DNA of 64,000 nucleotides from a virus. Below the pieces are notes generated by a model. The model was not told where the DNA came from and did not search any database. It was given only the letters and a program-made list of their open reading frames with translations. Within the stretch, counting starts at the first letter, position 1. Each line of letters starts with the position of its first letter. Both the position numbers and the translations under genes were made by a program. Of this stretch, positions 1 through 9,504 are shown one piece after another. The stretch covers positions 96,001 through 160,000 of the IMG/VR virus record IMGVR_UViG_3300020048_000017; one strand, 5' to 3'.

Positions 1-297
1 CCTATGAATCTGATCTAAGAACTTGCCCCGATCATTGTTATGGAAGAATGGGTTGAACTTACCGTGTTGACTACCATGTATCTCTACGGCTAAATGCTCG
101 CTTGCGTTAAACATGTCTAAGCGTAAACGAGTCCCTGCTAAGGGCATCTCCTCATAGCATACGTCGTAATACCAGAACTGTTTGAAAAACTCTTTAACTT
201 TTCTCTGAAATTTACTCAGAGACTTGTCATCCCACTTGATCCGATTTTTCTGGATATTTTTGTAAGTGAGTTGACCATTCAGTTTTTTAAACTTCAT
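1..297 (-). CDS. PD-(D/E)XK / DUF559-like nuclease, 3' end runs off the window
   Basis: Not in the ORF track. ATG at 297 overlaps the RecA TGA (ATGA). Hand translation MKFKKLNGQLTYKN...RLRLDMFNASEHLAVEIHGSQHGKFNPFFH has a D...E-x-x-G-x-x-H pattern like Vsr/DUF559 nucleases. Confidence 0.55.
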   Translation of the reverse strand, partial: MKFKKLNGQLTYKNIQKNRIKWDDKSLSKFQRKVKEFFKQFWYYDVCYEEMPLAGTRLRLDMFNASEHLAVEIHGSQHGKFNPFFHNNDRGKFLDQIHR

Positions 298-1430
298 TTA
301 ATAAGTTCTAGAATATATCTATAAATCAATTGCGCCAAATCTGGATTTTCCTCTAGAAAACCTACGAATCCAAAGTGACCTTGGACTTTCTTACTAAGTA
401 GGTCTGTATTGATACCAGCTTTCTCTGCGGAGTCTTTAAACAACTCTCCTTGAATATTGAACCAAGATCCTCCTTTTAATACTAGCCCCCACTCTAGGGC
501 CATATCTACGATTTCGTTAGCTTTCCAAACTCCTCCTACGTGGTTATATTTTACTGGGATCGCAAGCTTACTTCCGGTTACTTCGTTGTAACTCTTTCTG
601 AAATCAATCTCTGTATAGCGACCAATAATAGTTTCTCCATCTTTGATTAGCTTAGGAGCGTTTTTCTCCCAAGCTTGACCCATGTGGGCAATGAGGTCTC
701 CGTAGAACTCTGGGGCCTTACCTCCTCCCGCTTTATTACCAGCTCCACCAAAACCCGTCATGTTACCTGCTCGAATCTGCGAGCAGATATATAGATGGTG
801 ACCCTTTACGTGAATTGGTAAGGAGAGTTTTTTGAATGACATAGAAGTTACCCTAGCCACCCCAGCCCTAGCTTCCGCTTCGTCTAGAGTCTTTCCTCGC
901 TCGTCGCCAGTGGTCAAAGCGTTAATACTATCTACAATGAAGAAATACTTAAACCCATTCGGGTTGGCATTAATTTGATTCTGGATGTTTTGTAAAACAA
1001 ATTCTGCGGCATTAGATTTAACTACGATAAGTCTATCCTTATCGATGCCCGACATACGAATTTTCTTTTCAGTAAGCCTGCCTTCGGCATCATAAAAAAC
1101 GACCCATCCTTTTTCTTCAAAATGATCTTGCCAGTTTTTACCCCAGAGTAATCCTTGAGCGGTCTTTCCACTCTCGCGGTCCCCTACGAACATTGACATA
1201 GACCCAGCATTATAACCGCCGTCTAAGTGCATATCTAATTTATAAGATCCTGTCGGAATCTTAATGTCCGTCTCGAAACCATTATCTACATGTTCATAAA
1301 CCGAACCGTAATATCCCTCGGTATCTTTAAAGAAACTTTCGATCTGTCCAATCGGGGAGATTTTGCCATCCAAGATTGGAGTTTCTTCATTACTCTCCTT
1401 CGCTTTCTTTTCTCTCTTCGTAGTGTTCAC
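294..1430 (-). CDS. recA: RecA/UvsX-like recombinase
   Basis: IPTGSYKLDMHLDGG, Walker A GDRESGKT, YDAEG, Walker B FIVDSINAL, SQIR, AGGGKAPEFY, C-terminal GSWFN. Confidence 0.92.
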   Translation of the reverse strand: MNTTKREKKAKESNEETPILDGKISPIGQIESFFKDTEGYYGSVYEHVDNGFETDIKIPTGSYKLDMHLDGGYNAGSMSMFVGDRESGKTAQGLLWGKNWQDHFEEKGWVVFYDAEGRLTEKKIRMSGIDKDRLIVVKSNAAEFVLQNIQNQINANPNGFKYFFIVDSINALTTGDERGKTLDEAEARAGVARVTSMSFKKLSLPIHVKGHHLYICSQIRAGNMTGFGGAGNKAGGGKAPEFYGDLIAHMGQAWEKNAPKLIKDGETIIGRYTEIDFRKSYNEVTGSKLAIPVKYNHVGGVWKANEIVDMALEWGLVLKGGSWFNIQGELFKDSAEKAGINTDLLSKKVQGHFGFVGFLEENPDLAQLIYRYILELIK

Positions 1431-1578
1431 AATATTTACAAATGTCTGGTGTTAATCCTTCAATGTTTAACCTATAGCATGAATAACCTTCTCTAACTGT
1501 AGATCCGCAACATGGCGAAGATTCATATACTACAGATTCTTTAGACCTATTCTTGCAGGTTTCAAATTTATTTTCCAT
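1390..1578 (-). CDS. small Cys-rich hypothetical protein
   Basis: 62-aa ORF tiling between neighbours; SPCCG...C...CKYC. Confidence 0.5.
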   Translation of the reverse strand: MENKFETCKNRSKESVVYESSPCCGSTVREGYSCYRLNIEGLTPDICKYCEHYEERKESEGE

Positions 1579-2758
1579 AACTTATAGCTCTTTTTAGAAT
1601 TGTCAACCCGTTGTTGATGAGAATTTTTTCACATATAGACCAATGGGGGTTTTCATCTAAAAATTCATCTATAGCAAGAACTAAACCCTGAGGTTGTTTT
1701 TTAAAATCAGTTTCCCCTTCGTCCTTATACCCGAAACTTTCAGTATCGTGAAGAGCTATATATTTTCTAGCCTTATTACCATGTCTAGCAAGTTCTTCTT
1801 TGAGTTGGTCGTATCGATGCAATGTGTCTATAAACAAAAAGTCAGTCTCTTCAATCTCGAAACCTTCCTCTATAACGTTTTGTTGAACGAAAGAATATTC
1901 TATACCTGCTTTTTTCGCTAATACTAAAGCGGTCAAAATATTAGGACTTGTAAACAAGTCGTAAGAAATCATTTTATCGGGACTAGCTGCTAAAAAGGCC
2001 CATGAGGAAACTACGTCTCTGACGCCCATTTCGGTAATATAGGCACACTCCCTTGCATAGCCGTTTAACGTCGGCAGGAGAGCGTTTATATCGCTAGGAC
2101 GGTTACAATGAACCGAGTATGCTGCCAAGATATCCATTTTCGGACGTTCCGACTGATACTTATTCATGAATGATAAATTCTCTTCCAAGTCATGTTTCAT
2201 AGTCCATGCAAGACTTGAACACTCTTCCCTATTATTGGGATGAACAGGTTCTCGTTCGTTGATTAAATAAAACCTTCCTCCAATTTTTTCCAGAGCGTTG
2301 AACATAGTTTTCTCCATCCCTAATTGATCGAAGTCTAATTGTTCAAAGAGATTTCCATACGCAATATTACAAAAGAAAATATCAGAAGATAAATAAGCTG
2401 GATCATGCCAATAGTTTCCAGCATAAGGAACTTTGTAATGAGTTAGGTATGCAAAAATTTTATTAATAACGTCTTCGTTACATAGCCACGAATCTATTGC
2501 TAATTTTACAAAAAGGTCGGAAGGTGTGTCCCTTTCGATTAGGTTTTCATAGCCGCCTTTGATTAAATTAAACTCTCCTTTCTGAAGTCCTTCACTGGGA
2601 ATCCTAACGTCACAAACAAAATCTTTATCAACTCCACTGTAGGCTAGACAATAAATCGGCTCGATAGTCGTGTATGAATCGATCAAGCTTTTCAGGTGTG
2701 GCCAGTAATCTTCCTTGTCGTAACAAGTAATAATAAAGTTGATTTTAACTTTTTTCAT
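1568..2758 (-). CDS. two-domain protein: glycosyltransferase-like N-terminus + class I SAM methyltransferase (Methyltransf_24-like)
   Basis: C-half ITEMGVRDVVSSWAF...DFLFIDTLHRYDQLKEEL...KYIALHDT is typical of Methyltransf_24. N-half FIITCYDK...KLAIDSWL resembles GT-A folds (weaker). Confidence 0.62.
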   Translation of the reverse strand: MKKVKINFIITCYDKEDYWPHLKSLIDSYTTIEPIYCLAYSGVDKDFVCDVRIPSEGLQKGEFNLIKGGYENLIERDTPSDLFVKLAIDSWLCNEDVINKIFAYLTHYKVPYAGNYWHDPAYLSSDIFFCNIAYGNLFEQLDFDQLGMEKTMFNALEKIGGRFYLINEREPVHPNNREECSSLAWTMKHDLEENLSFMNKYQSERPKMDILAAYSVHCNRPSDINALLPTLNGYARECAYITEMGVRDVVSSWAFLAASPDKMISYDLFTSPNILTALVLAKKAGIEYSFVQQNVIEEGFEIEETDFLFIDTLHRYDQLKEELARHGNKARKYIALHDTESFGYKDEGETDFKKQPQGLVLAIDEFLDENPHWSICEKILINNGLTILKRAISYGK

Positions 2759-2759
2759 T

Positions 2760-3050
2760 TTATTTGAAATTGATTCTATCTAGATTTGCTTTATTAGCAA
2801 TGCGACAATTTCCGCTTTCGTCTTCCATCACTGAAGAATCTTCGGTTTCGAGGGTCGTTCCGAATGTCCCAATAAGAGCCTCGCACGCTTTCCAAGAGAT
2901 TCTTTCTGTCGATTGGCTGTCTATGATAGTCGGGATAAAAATTCTACAGTCATTAGCTTCGGGTTTAGATTTATTGTAAATCTTATCGTAATTACTACGA
3001 TACTTTTCCCCATCTACTGGTCTCGGCTTGTCTCCTTTTCCTGCGCTCAT
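2760..3050 (-). CDS. hypothetical phage protein
   Basis: Tiles the operon; N-terminal GKGDKPRPVD...NYDKIY motif recalled from small phage proteins. Confidence 0.6.
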   Translation of the reverse strand: MSAGKGDKPRPVDGEKYRSNYDKIYNKSKPEANDCRIFIPTIIDSQSTERISWKACEALIGTFGTTLETEDSSVMEDESGNCRIANKANLDRINFK

Positions 3051-3586
3051 CTATACTCTTCTTTAAAAAGTCTCCACCTATTACTATCTATCTTTACCTC
3101 TCCTGCGTCGATCTTTCGAAGCATCTCAAGTAGATCATCGAAGTTGTTGTAAAAGAATCTCACCGGAAGTAACCCTAGTAACCAAAGAGGGGTTTTTTCT
3201 ACACCTCCTTCAATACAAACAAAAATAGGTTTCTTTTGCTGATTAGCCGCCACAATTTCGTGCATAGAACCAAACGTAGGAACTTCTGGATTAATATACG
3301 CTATAAGGAAATCCGCCCTGTCTACCATCGCTAAATCGGCTGCGATGATTTCCTTCATGTGTTCGTGGACCTTCCAGAGATGACCTGATTCCCGCCACTC
3401 TTTCATTAATTTTTGAGATTCTTTGTCTTCCTTAACAGCAGACTCGAAAGGCCTTTTGTAAGGATTAAAGCAAGTTACTCCAAGACTACCTAAAAACTTG
3501 TCGCAGCGATCCCGCCATGTCTCTCCGTCAGAGACATATTCCATTGCGCCAATGTTATACGACTTTGTTTTCTTTAAAATATTCAT
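3047..3586 (-). CDS. nucleoside 2-deoxyribosyltransferase-like protein
   Basis: YNIGAM...FNPY...DLAMVDRADFLIAY...TFGSMHEI...KKPI follows the NDT/Rcl family layout. Confidence 0.75.
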   Translation of the reverse strand: MNILKKTKSYNIGAMEYVSDGETWRDRCDKFLGSLGVTCFNPYKRPFESAVKEDKESQKLMKEWRESGHLWKVHEHMKEIIAADLAMVDRADFLIAYINPEVPTFGSMHEIVAANQQKKPIFVCIEGGVEKTPLWLLGLLPVRFFYNNFDDLLEMLRKIDAGEVKIDSNRWRLFKEEYR

Positions 3587-3742
3587 TTAGTCCATTAGTT
3601 TTAATCTCTCATCAAGAGTCGCGTTGATCTTTTTAAGGATCTCAGTTTCCTTTTTACCGCTCGCAGATTCTAAATCAAGGGCTAGTTTAGAAAGGATCTT
3701 ATCAAGTTGAGCTATAAGCTCTTCGCTACTTTGATTACTCAC
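3587..3742 (-). CDS. 51-aa helical hypothetical protein
   Basis: Below the track cutoff. GTG start overlapping the upstream gene end; MSNQSSEELIAQLDKILSKLALDLESASGKKETEILKKINATLDERLKLMD fills the gap exactly. Confidence 0.5.
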   Translation of the reverse strand: MSNQSSEELIAQLDKILSKLALDLESASGKKETEILKKINATLDERLKLMD

Positions 3743-3977
3743 TTACTTCCATCCTTCCTTCTAATTCCCCTTCTCGAAACTCTTGAGCCACTAGATTTGA
3801 GAGTTTTGCCATGAATTGCTCTTGATCTCTAGGTTCTACGGAAGTCTGAAAAACGTATGCCACTGTAGCTATAATTCCAGCAACCAGTTCCTCGTCGAAT
3901 GCAAAGTCTGATTCTACGAATCTCGCTTCGCAAGAGTCTTCTTCTTCGTCGTAATAAATTTCAAATATCTTTTTCAT
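3735..3977 (-). CDS. acidic hypothetical protein
   Basis: ORF overlaps neighbours by a few nt. Confidence 0.6.
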   Translation of the reverse strand: MKKIFEIYYDEEEDSCEARFVESDFAFDEELVAGIIATVAYVFQTSVEPRDQEQFMAKLSNLVAQEFREGELEGRMEVSE

Positions 3978-4420
3978 GATTGTTTATGTAATTCTTCGTT
4001 GATAAGTTTATCAGGAGTTTCCCAATTTGCTGGTTTCATCCATTTTCCATCGGTGCGTTTGTAAGACCCTTCTCCGAACTTGGCCATATTAGCGTCTTGA
4101 ACGATTTGCTCGATGGGTTCCATATCGATCCCATAACAAAGCGCCGCTCCGTAATTTACATAGCTGATATCAGCGATAGAATCGGCAACTAACACCATGT
4201 CTACGTCCCCATTAAGGACATATTGAATTTGAGTTTCATCGATAGCCGCTCCATTTAAAGAGACCTTAACCCCACTCGCTTCTGCGAGTTCTAAAGTCTC
4301 CTCTAGCAAAAGCTTTACTCTTAAAACCCTTTCGTCGAAAGGGGCTACCGTAGGTTTGCTTCTGACTGTTTGACCAGCCGCCAGCATGAAGTCTTTTACT
4401 CCTTTTTGAATTTTGTCCAT
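3974..4420 (-). CDS. MazG-like / PRA-PH family all-alpha NTP pyrophosphohydrolase
   Basis: LRVKLLLEETLEL...ADSIADISYVNYG...VQDANMAK...DGKWMKP. Confidence 0.8.
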   Translation of the reverse strand: MDKIQKGVKDFMLAAGQTVRSKPTVAPFDERVLRVKLLLEETLELAEASGVKVSLNGAAIDETQIQYVLNGDVDMVLVADSIADISYVNYGAALCYGIDMEPIEQIVQDANMAKFGEGSYKRTDGKWMKPANWETPDKLINEELHKQS

Positions 4421-4430
4421 AATTATGGAT

Positions 4431-4458
4431 ATTATAACCTCTTATGACGATTTGTCAA
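4431..4458 (-). promoter_or_regulatory. sigma70-type promoter
   Basis: Perfect TTGACA (4458-4453), 16 nt, TATAAT (4436-4431), 10 nt before the ATG at 4420. Confidence 0.8.
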
Positions 4459-4461
4459 GTG

Positions 4462-6105
4462 TTATCCTTCACAACTTGAACATTCGTTCAGCTTTCGGTA
4501 GAAAGCCTGTGCGGCATTAATACTTTTTTGATAGTAGAGAGTTTTAATCCCGTTCTCCCACGCAAAAATAAGAAGATCATTAATGTCTTTAGTCTTAGTG
4601 TCTGGCGGGATCATTAAGTTCAAACTTTGACCTTGATCTATAAACTTTTGTCTTTGAGCTGCTTGAATAACGGTTTCTCTAGGACTAATTTCAGTGAATG
4701 TTCTAAACACATCTTTCTCGTCTTGAGATAGGAAGTCCAAATGTTGAACTGATCCGTTTTTCAAAAGGATCGAATCCCAGACTTCGTCTGTATTTTTTTC
4801 CTTATTACATAATAGATTTTCTAAATAAGGATTTTTAATCGTTGCGTTAAATTTCGCAAGATCCTTTACATAGTAATTAGAATGATAAGGTTCAATGGAT
4901 TGACTTACCTGACCTAAGATAAATGCTGAAGAAGTATTCGGAGCGATAGCGTGTCTAGTCACCCATCGTTCGCCGTAGCCTTTTAACATCGGTGGTTCGC
5001 CAAGTTCTTTAGCGGCCTTTCTAGAAGCCTCTAGAGACTTCCTGTTCATGTTCTCGAAAATTTCCGAGTTCCACATCTTAGCTTCTAAGGACTCAAATGC
5101 AACCATCTTGCTTTGAAGGAATGAATGCCAACCCGTAGCTCCGATACCAATAGCCCTTTGGTTCTCGGCGAATTTAACGGCCCTATCCATAAAATCGATC
5201 TTCGAAGCTTTTTGGATGAATTCAGTCAAAACGGCATCTAAGAAATACGCCATGATCTCTACTGCGTCAGTATCTTTCCACTCTTCGTAATGAAGAAGGT
5301 TCATCGAAGAAAGACAGCATACGAATGACTCTTCTTCGTTAGAAGAAAGCATTATTTCTGAGCAGACATTTGAGCCATGAATTTTTCGACCTTTATCTTT
5401 GTAAACTTTCGGGGCTCCGTTATTTACATTGTCGCTGAAAAAGATATAAGGAATTCCTACTTCAGATCTACTCTTTAAGACTTTTGCCCAGATTTCTCTT
5501 TTAGGCCTGTCCCCATCGATCATTTCCCTCATCCACTGATCTTCCACACAGACTCCTGTGAAAAGCTCTTGAATTGGACTACCCTCTTGCTTGACTTTAA
5601 GGAACTCGTCTAAGTCTCCATGGCCGATGGGCAGGTAACATCCCATAACACCCCTTCTAACAGCCGCTTGCTTGCACGTAAGCATCGTTGTGTCAAAGAG
5701 CCTCATAAAGTTCACAACCCCCTCTGACTTACCTCCTGCGGAAATTGCCGAGCCTCTAGGTCTGAGATTGCCGAAGAATCCCGAACAACCCCCTCCCATT
5801 TTGGTCATCATTCCAACCTCTGCCACATTGTAAAGAATGGAGTCCATCCTGTCCTCGATATAGCTATTGAAACAAGAAATCGGCAAGCCGCGATCTCTCC
5901 CGAAGTTTGCCCAAACCGGAGTTGAGAGAAGAAACCAACCCTTCTCCATACACTCCAAAAATCTCTCGGCAAAATCTTTTCTGTTTAGAATTTTTTGAGC
6001 CGCGTGAGCGATATCCTCGATTCTCGATTCAGGGGTTTCCCCCTCTGTCAAGTATCCGTTTTTTAAGAAAATCTTGGACGGTTTAGTAAGCCATTTATAT
6101 TTCAT
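4462..6105 (-). CDS. nrdA: ribonucleotide reductase class I alpha subunit (short, no ATP cone)
   Basis: GLPISCFN, GGGCSG, active-site GSNVCSEI, AIAPNTSSAFI, DQGQSLN, KTLYY, C-terminal CSSCEG. Confidence 0.95.
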   Translation of the reverse strand: MKYKWLTKPSKIFLKNGYLTEGETPESRIEDIAHAAQKILNRKDFAERFLECMEKGWFLLSTPVWANFGRDRGLPISCFNSYIEDRMDSILYNVAEVGMMTKMGGGCSGFFGNLRPRGSAISAGGKSEGVVNFMRLFDTTMLTCKQAAVRRGVMGCYLPIGHGDLDEFLKVKQEGSPIQELFTGVCVEDQWMREMIDGDRPKREIWAKVLKSRSEVGIPYIFFSDNVNNGAPKVYKDKGRKIHGSNVCSEIMLSSNEEESFVCCLSSMNLLHYEEWKDTDAVEIMAYFLDAVLTEFIQKASKIDFMDRAVKFAENQRAIGIGATGWHSFLQSKMVAFESLEAKMWNSEIFENMNRKSLEASRKAAKELGEPPMLKGYGERWVTRHAIAPNTSSAFILGQVSQSIEPYHSNYYVKDLAKFNATIKNPYLENLLCNKEKNTDEVWDSILLKNGSVQHLDFLSQDEKDVFRTFTEISPRETVIQAAQRQKFIDQGQSLNLMIPPDTKTKDINDLLIFAWENGIKTLYYQKSINAAQAFYRKLNECSSCEG

Positions 6106-7085
6106 TAAAATAAGTCGTCTGCGGTAATTGATTTGTTTTTTCTTGAGTAACTAACAGGTCTTTGATCAAAGAAATCAAAATGCGCGTCACTAATAAGACC
6201 TTCGTTAAACCATTTGGTTTTCTTTAGGATCGCCGGATCAACTTCAAATTGTGGTTGATACAAAATGCCAGAAAGAGATTGGTTAAGTCTTTCTTTGGTG
6301 AACTGTTTAATTTGTTCGACGCTGATGAAATCTAAATCTCCTTCATCAAAAATCCAATCAATTACTTTTTCTTCAGCCGCGTAAGCTCTGGTGCTGTAAT
6401 TAATAACCATTGTCTCTAACTCTGGTGTAAAAAACTCTGGGTTACTTTTACGAATATCATTGATCACGAATGTTCCGAAGGCCGCGTGAATACTTTCTTC
6501 TTTGGAAGTGGCCGCTACAGCATTGTTGATATCTTTTAATTTCTTTCTATGTTTATTGAAAGACATAAGAATAAAAAACTGACTAAATAAAGAAACGTTT
6601 TCGATAAAAAGTGAAAACAAAATAATTGATTTCAAAAACTTCTCCTCAAGACGAGCATTCGAAAAATCTTTATACTTCTTCAAATAATTGTGCCTGTCTA
6701 TAATAACTGGCTCATCATACATCTTAGCGAACTCTTCGTTCAGACCCAAGATTTCCAAAAGGTGGGAGTAAGCTCTACTGTGTCTAACCTCTGATTCCGC
6801 GAATGTTGCGCCCACCATAAACACCTCAGGCTTGGGAAGGTGGTCTCCGATTTTTAGAAAAAACGCCTTTACAGATACTTCAATTTGTGAAATAAGTAAG
6901 AGGCATTTTGTAACAATTTTTCTTTCGTAGTCGGAAAGTTCGTGATGGAATTCCTGAACATCTTGGGTGAAAGACCACTCCTTATGGGTCCAGTAAGACT
7001 CTCCGATGGCGTCACAAAATTGTTCTAGTTCAGGGTAGCAAAATGGTTTAAAATGTTCGCGGGGTTCAAAAAGACTTCGTTGCAT
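6105..7085 (-). CDS. nrdB: ribonucleotide reductase class I beta subunit
   Basis: W...D, EVRHSRAYS, IENVSLFSQF, EESIH di-metal ligands; FDFF near the C-terminus. Confidence 0.95.
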   Translation of the reverse strand: MQRSLFEPREHFKPFCYPELEQFCDAIGESYWTHKEWSFTQDVQEFHHELSDYERKIVTKCLLLISQIEVSVKAFFLKIGDHLPKPEVFMVGATFAESEVRHSRAYSHLLEILGLNEEFAKMYDEPVIIDRHNYLKKYKDFSNARLEEKFLKSIILFSLFIENVSLFSQFFILMSFNKHRKKLKDINNAVAATSKEESIHAAFGTFVINDIRKSNPEFFTPELETMVINYSTRAYAAEEKVIDWIFDEGDLDFISVEQIKQFTKERLNQSLSGILYQPQFEVDPAILKKTKWFNEGLISDAHFDFFDQRPVSYSRKNKSITADDLF

Positions 7086-7096
7086 AGGAATATAAA

Positions 7097-7102
7097 TTAC
7101 AC
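7097..7102 (-). promoter_or_regulatory. GTGTAA motif (candidate phage late promoter)
   Basis: 11 nt before the nrdB ATG, directly after a terminator. Confidence 0.55.
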
Positions 7103-7105
7103 TTC

Positions 7106-7139
7106 AAAAAAGGGCATCAAACATTTAATTTGAATGCCC
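7106..7139 (-). terminator. intrinsic terminator
   Basis: GGGCATTCAAA/TTTGATGCCC stem followed by T6 on the minus strand, 40 nt after the stop at 7180. Confidence 0.75.
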
Positions 7140-7179
7140 CGATTTTTCTCGAAAATACGAGATAAGTTGTGTATTGCGG

Positions 7180-7395
7180 TTAGCAAAATTTACCCAATTC
7201 AGTAAAGTTAATTGGGTCGAGTTTGATTTGATTACTACCTACCGACCTTGTCTCACCAGTTACCTTATGTAGGACTAAAGCCAAGTGTTCTTGGATAACT
7301 TGAATCTGATCTTCATCGAGACTTTCTAGTTGTTCTCCGGATTCGGCGATTTCAAAATAACCAGAAAGCCAGTAGCAAAAATTTTCTGGGCTCAT
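7180..7395 (-). CDS. hypothetical phage protein
   Basis: MSPENFCYWLSGYFEI...QIQVIQEHLALV, a pattern recalled from small phage proteins. Confidence 0.7.
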   Translation of the reverse strand: MSPENFCYWLSGYFEIAESGEQLESLDEDQIQVIQEHLALVLHKVTGETRSVGSNQIKLDPINFTELGKFC

Positions 7396-7730
7396 TTATC
7401 TAATTCGTGTTTTTTACCTTTTCTCTTTTCAGAGTAGTTTTTAAATTCTTTTTTCAAGACGGGATCTTTGTCTCCAATTTTATCTGCCCTTTTTTCGGAC
7501 CACTCTTTTGATCTATCCCAGAGGTCACCGATGGTCCCCCCGTTAGAAGTCTTCTTCAAGAAATCTCTCTCTGAGAAAACGTCAACGTTAGAATCTATAG
7601 AAGCTTGTGGCACTGTCCATACGCGAATCCAAGAAACTCCGTCTTCTTCATACGAATGTTGATCCTTCATCTTTTGGAAGATTTCTTTAATCTCTTCCGT
7701 GTCTGGGTGCTTGTATAGATACGCAGGCAT
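7392..7730 (-). CDS. FmdB-like regulatory protein lacking Cys
   Basis: Likely start MPAYLYKHPDTEEIKEIFQKM (TAATG overlap at 7730); MPxYxY opening like FmdB ribbons. Confidence 0.6.
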   Translation of the reverse strand: MPAYLYKHPDTEEIKEIFQKMKDQHSYEEDGVSWIRVWTVPQASIDSNVDVFSERDFLKKTSNGGTIGDLWDRSKEWSEKRADKIGDKDPVLKKEFKNYSEKRKGKKHELDK

Positions 7731-8803
7731 TATAGGTGTTCTAAAATTGTGTCTACGGTTCTGTCCCAAGTAAATTCTTTGGCTAGAGCTTCACCCTTAG
7801 GGTTCGGTGTTTTCGCCAGTTCTGCCGCTTTATCAAGAGCTATGTCAAGATCTTCATCTGAAAAATCTGCCCACTCACCTTGATTAACGAAATAACCTTG
7901 TCTAAAAAAGACTCCGTCTTCTGCCTGTCTAGTTCCACTAGGTTCAACCAAGATGGCATTCGACTCGTTGGCAAAATCTTTATGAACGTGTGCGTTTAAA
8001 CACACCGACCACTTCCCGAGGCATAACGATTGAAACGTAGGTAAGTTAAAACCTTCGCAAGAAGACATTCCCGTCAAGTCTACGTCCGCAGCATTAAGCA
8101 CATCATTATACTCTTCAAGCGTTTTTCTAAAGTCAACAAAGTTTACATTGAAGGGCTGCTCTCCGTTAGGAAACGTAGAAGCAATTAGAGACTTCATTTG
8201 CTGTTCAGGTAAGAACGCATTTGAAATTGCGCAGTTCAACGCAAAGTTATCTTTATTGCCAAATTTTTTGATCCACGCGGACAGAATCCTGATAGTGTTT
8301 TTTCTAGATTCCAGCTTGCCATATAAGCCGAAGGTTTTGACATTTTTTCCTAAATACCTTTTGCCGGTTTTATGAAAATGATAGCCATCAAAACCTAAGG
8401 GACAATATGCCACATTCGTAAGTCCGTGATTTTCAAAAACTTTCTTTGTGTAATTTGAAGTAACGAAGACAGTTTTTTGCTGCTTCAAAATATTAGTCTC
8501 TACACTTGTTAGGCGATCCGTTTCGTGGAACGTTAAACTACAAGGTTGTTCTTGAAAAGACTCTGATAGCCCTTGGATATGCCAGAGTTTTAAGCCTTTA
8601 TCTTTTCTGGAATGATCCGTAATCCCCCTCTCAATAGAACTTGTCAGCCAAGCCATGAACTCCTCAGAGACGTTGAAGGCTGACAGATCAGTGCCCCCAA
8701 TTGGGAGGACTGAGACTTCTTCGCCTCTTTCAAATAGTGTCCGAAGAATATTGAAAGAGACGTTCCCAAAGCTTAGGGAATTGAGAGGTAAATTAAAGGT
8801 CAT
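7730..8803 (-). CDS. GT-B fold glycosyltransferase (family 4-like)
   Basis: TFHETD, VFVTSNYTK, PLGFD, GKLESRKN, SSCEGFNLPTFQSLCLGK, FTWDRTV. Confidence 0.85.
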   Translation of the reverse strand: MTFNLPLNSLSFGNVSFNILRTLFERGEEVSVLPIGGTDLSAFNVSEEFMAWLTSSIERGITDHSRKDKGLKLWHIQGLSESFQEQPCSLTFHETDRLTSVETNILKQQKTVFVTSNYTKKVFENHGLTNVAYCPLGFDGYHFHKTGKRYLGKNVKTFGLYGKLESRKNTIRILSAWIKKFGNKDNFALNCAISNAFLPEQQMKSLIASTFPNGEQPFNVNFVDFRKTLEEYNDVLNAADVDLTGMSSCEGFNLPTFQSLCLGKWSVCLNAHVHKDFANESNAILVEPSGTRQAEDGVFFRQGYFVNQGEWADFSDEDLDIALDKAAELAKTPNPKGEALAKEFTWDRTVDTILEHL

Positions 8804-8804
8804 C

Positions 8805-9218
8805 TTAGAAAGGAACGTCGTCGTCGTCAGCGACCTCTACAACAGCGGGTTTAGAAGGTGTTGATGATGCTGAAGCTTGTTCTGCGTCGTCTTTTTTACC
8901 ACCAACGAAAGTGAAGTTCTCACCGATAACCTTAAGTTTCGATCTCTTCTCTCCTTCGTTACCTTCCCAAGTGTCTAGTGACAGACGGCCTTCGATAAGA
9001 AGTTGGCGACCTTTCTTAGTATGTTCCGCGAGTATCTCGGCCTGTTTACCCCAGAAGGTAACATCTACAAAAGTTGTTTCCTCTTTCTTCTCTCCGTTAG
9101 AAGTAAACTGTCGATTCAGAGCGATACCGAGATCTACTACGGAGTTGCCTGATGAACCGATGGTTCTTAGTTCTGGATCTCTAGTGAGATTCCCCATGAT
9201 GATGACTTTATTTAGCAT
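8805..9218 (-). CDS. ssb: single-stranded DNA-binding protein
   Basis: MLNKVIIMGNLTRDPELR...FWGKQAE...KKGRQLLIEGRL, acidic tail DDDDVPF. Confidence 0.97.
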   Translation of the reverse strand: MLNKVIIMGNLTRDPELRTIGSSGNSVVDLGIALNRQFTSNGEKKEETTFVDVTFWGKQAEILAEHTKKGRQLLIEGRLSLDTWEGNEGEKRSKLKVIGENFTFVGGKKDDAEQASASSTPSKPAVVEVADDDDVPF

Positions 9219-9504
9219 AATTCAGTTTTTTTATTGTGAGTTCTATAACTAGTGAAAATATAGCACCTGCTAGAGCGATTGTCAAGGACTTACTTAGTAA
9301 AAGATTTACCCAGAAGGCAAAGCAGTATGCGCAGAATAATGGGTATAGTAAATTATATACTACTTTTTCAAAGATTTTTGATGGCTGAGATTTTGCAATA
9401 TTGAACCTTTCTTTTGTGGGGTCGCTAACAATTTTCCCTAAATCTGTATAATTATAAAGATAGAATAACGAGTATGCGAATAGGAATTGTATCAAGATTT
9501 CCAT
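9208..9504 (-). CDS. small membrane protein with CxxC
   Basis: Hydrophobic segments; LFCAYCFAFWV. Confidence 0.6.
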   Translation of the reverse strand: MEILIQFLFAYSLFYLYNYTDLGKIVSDPTKERFNIAKSQPSKIFEKVVYNLLYPLFCAYCFAFWVNLLLSKSLTIALAGAIFSLVIELTIKKLNYAK

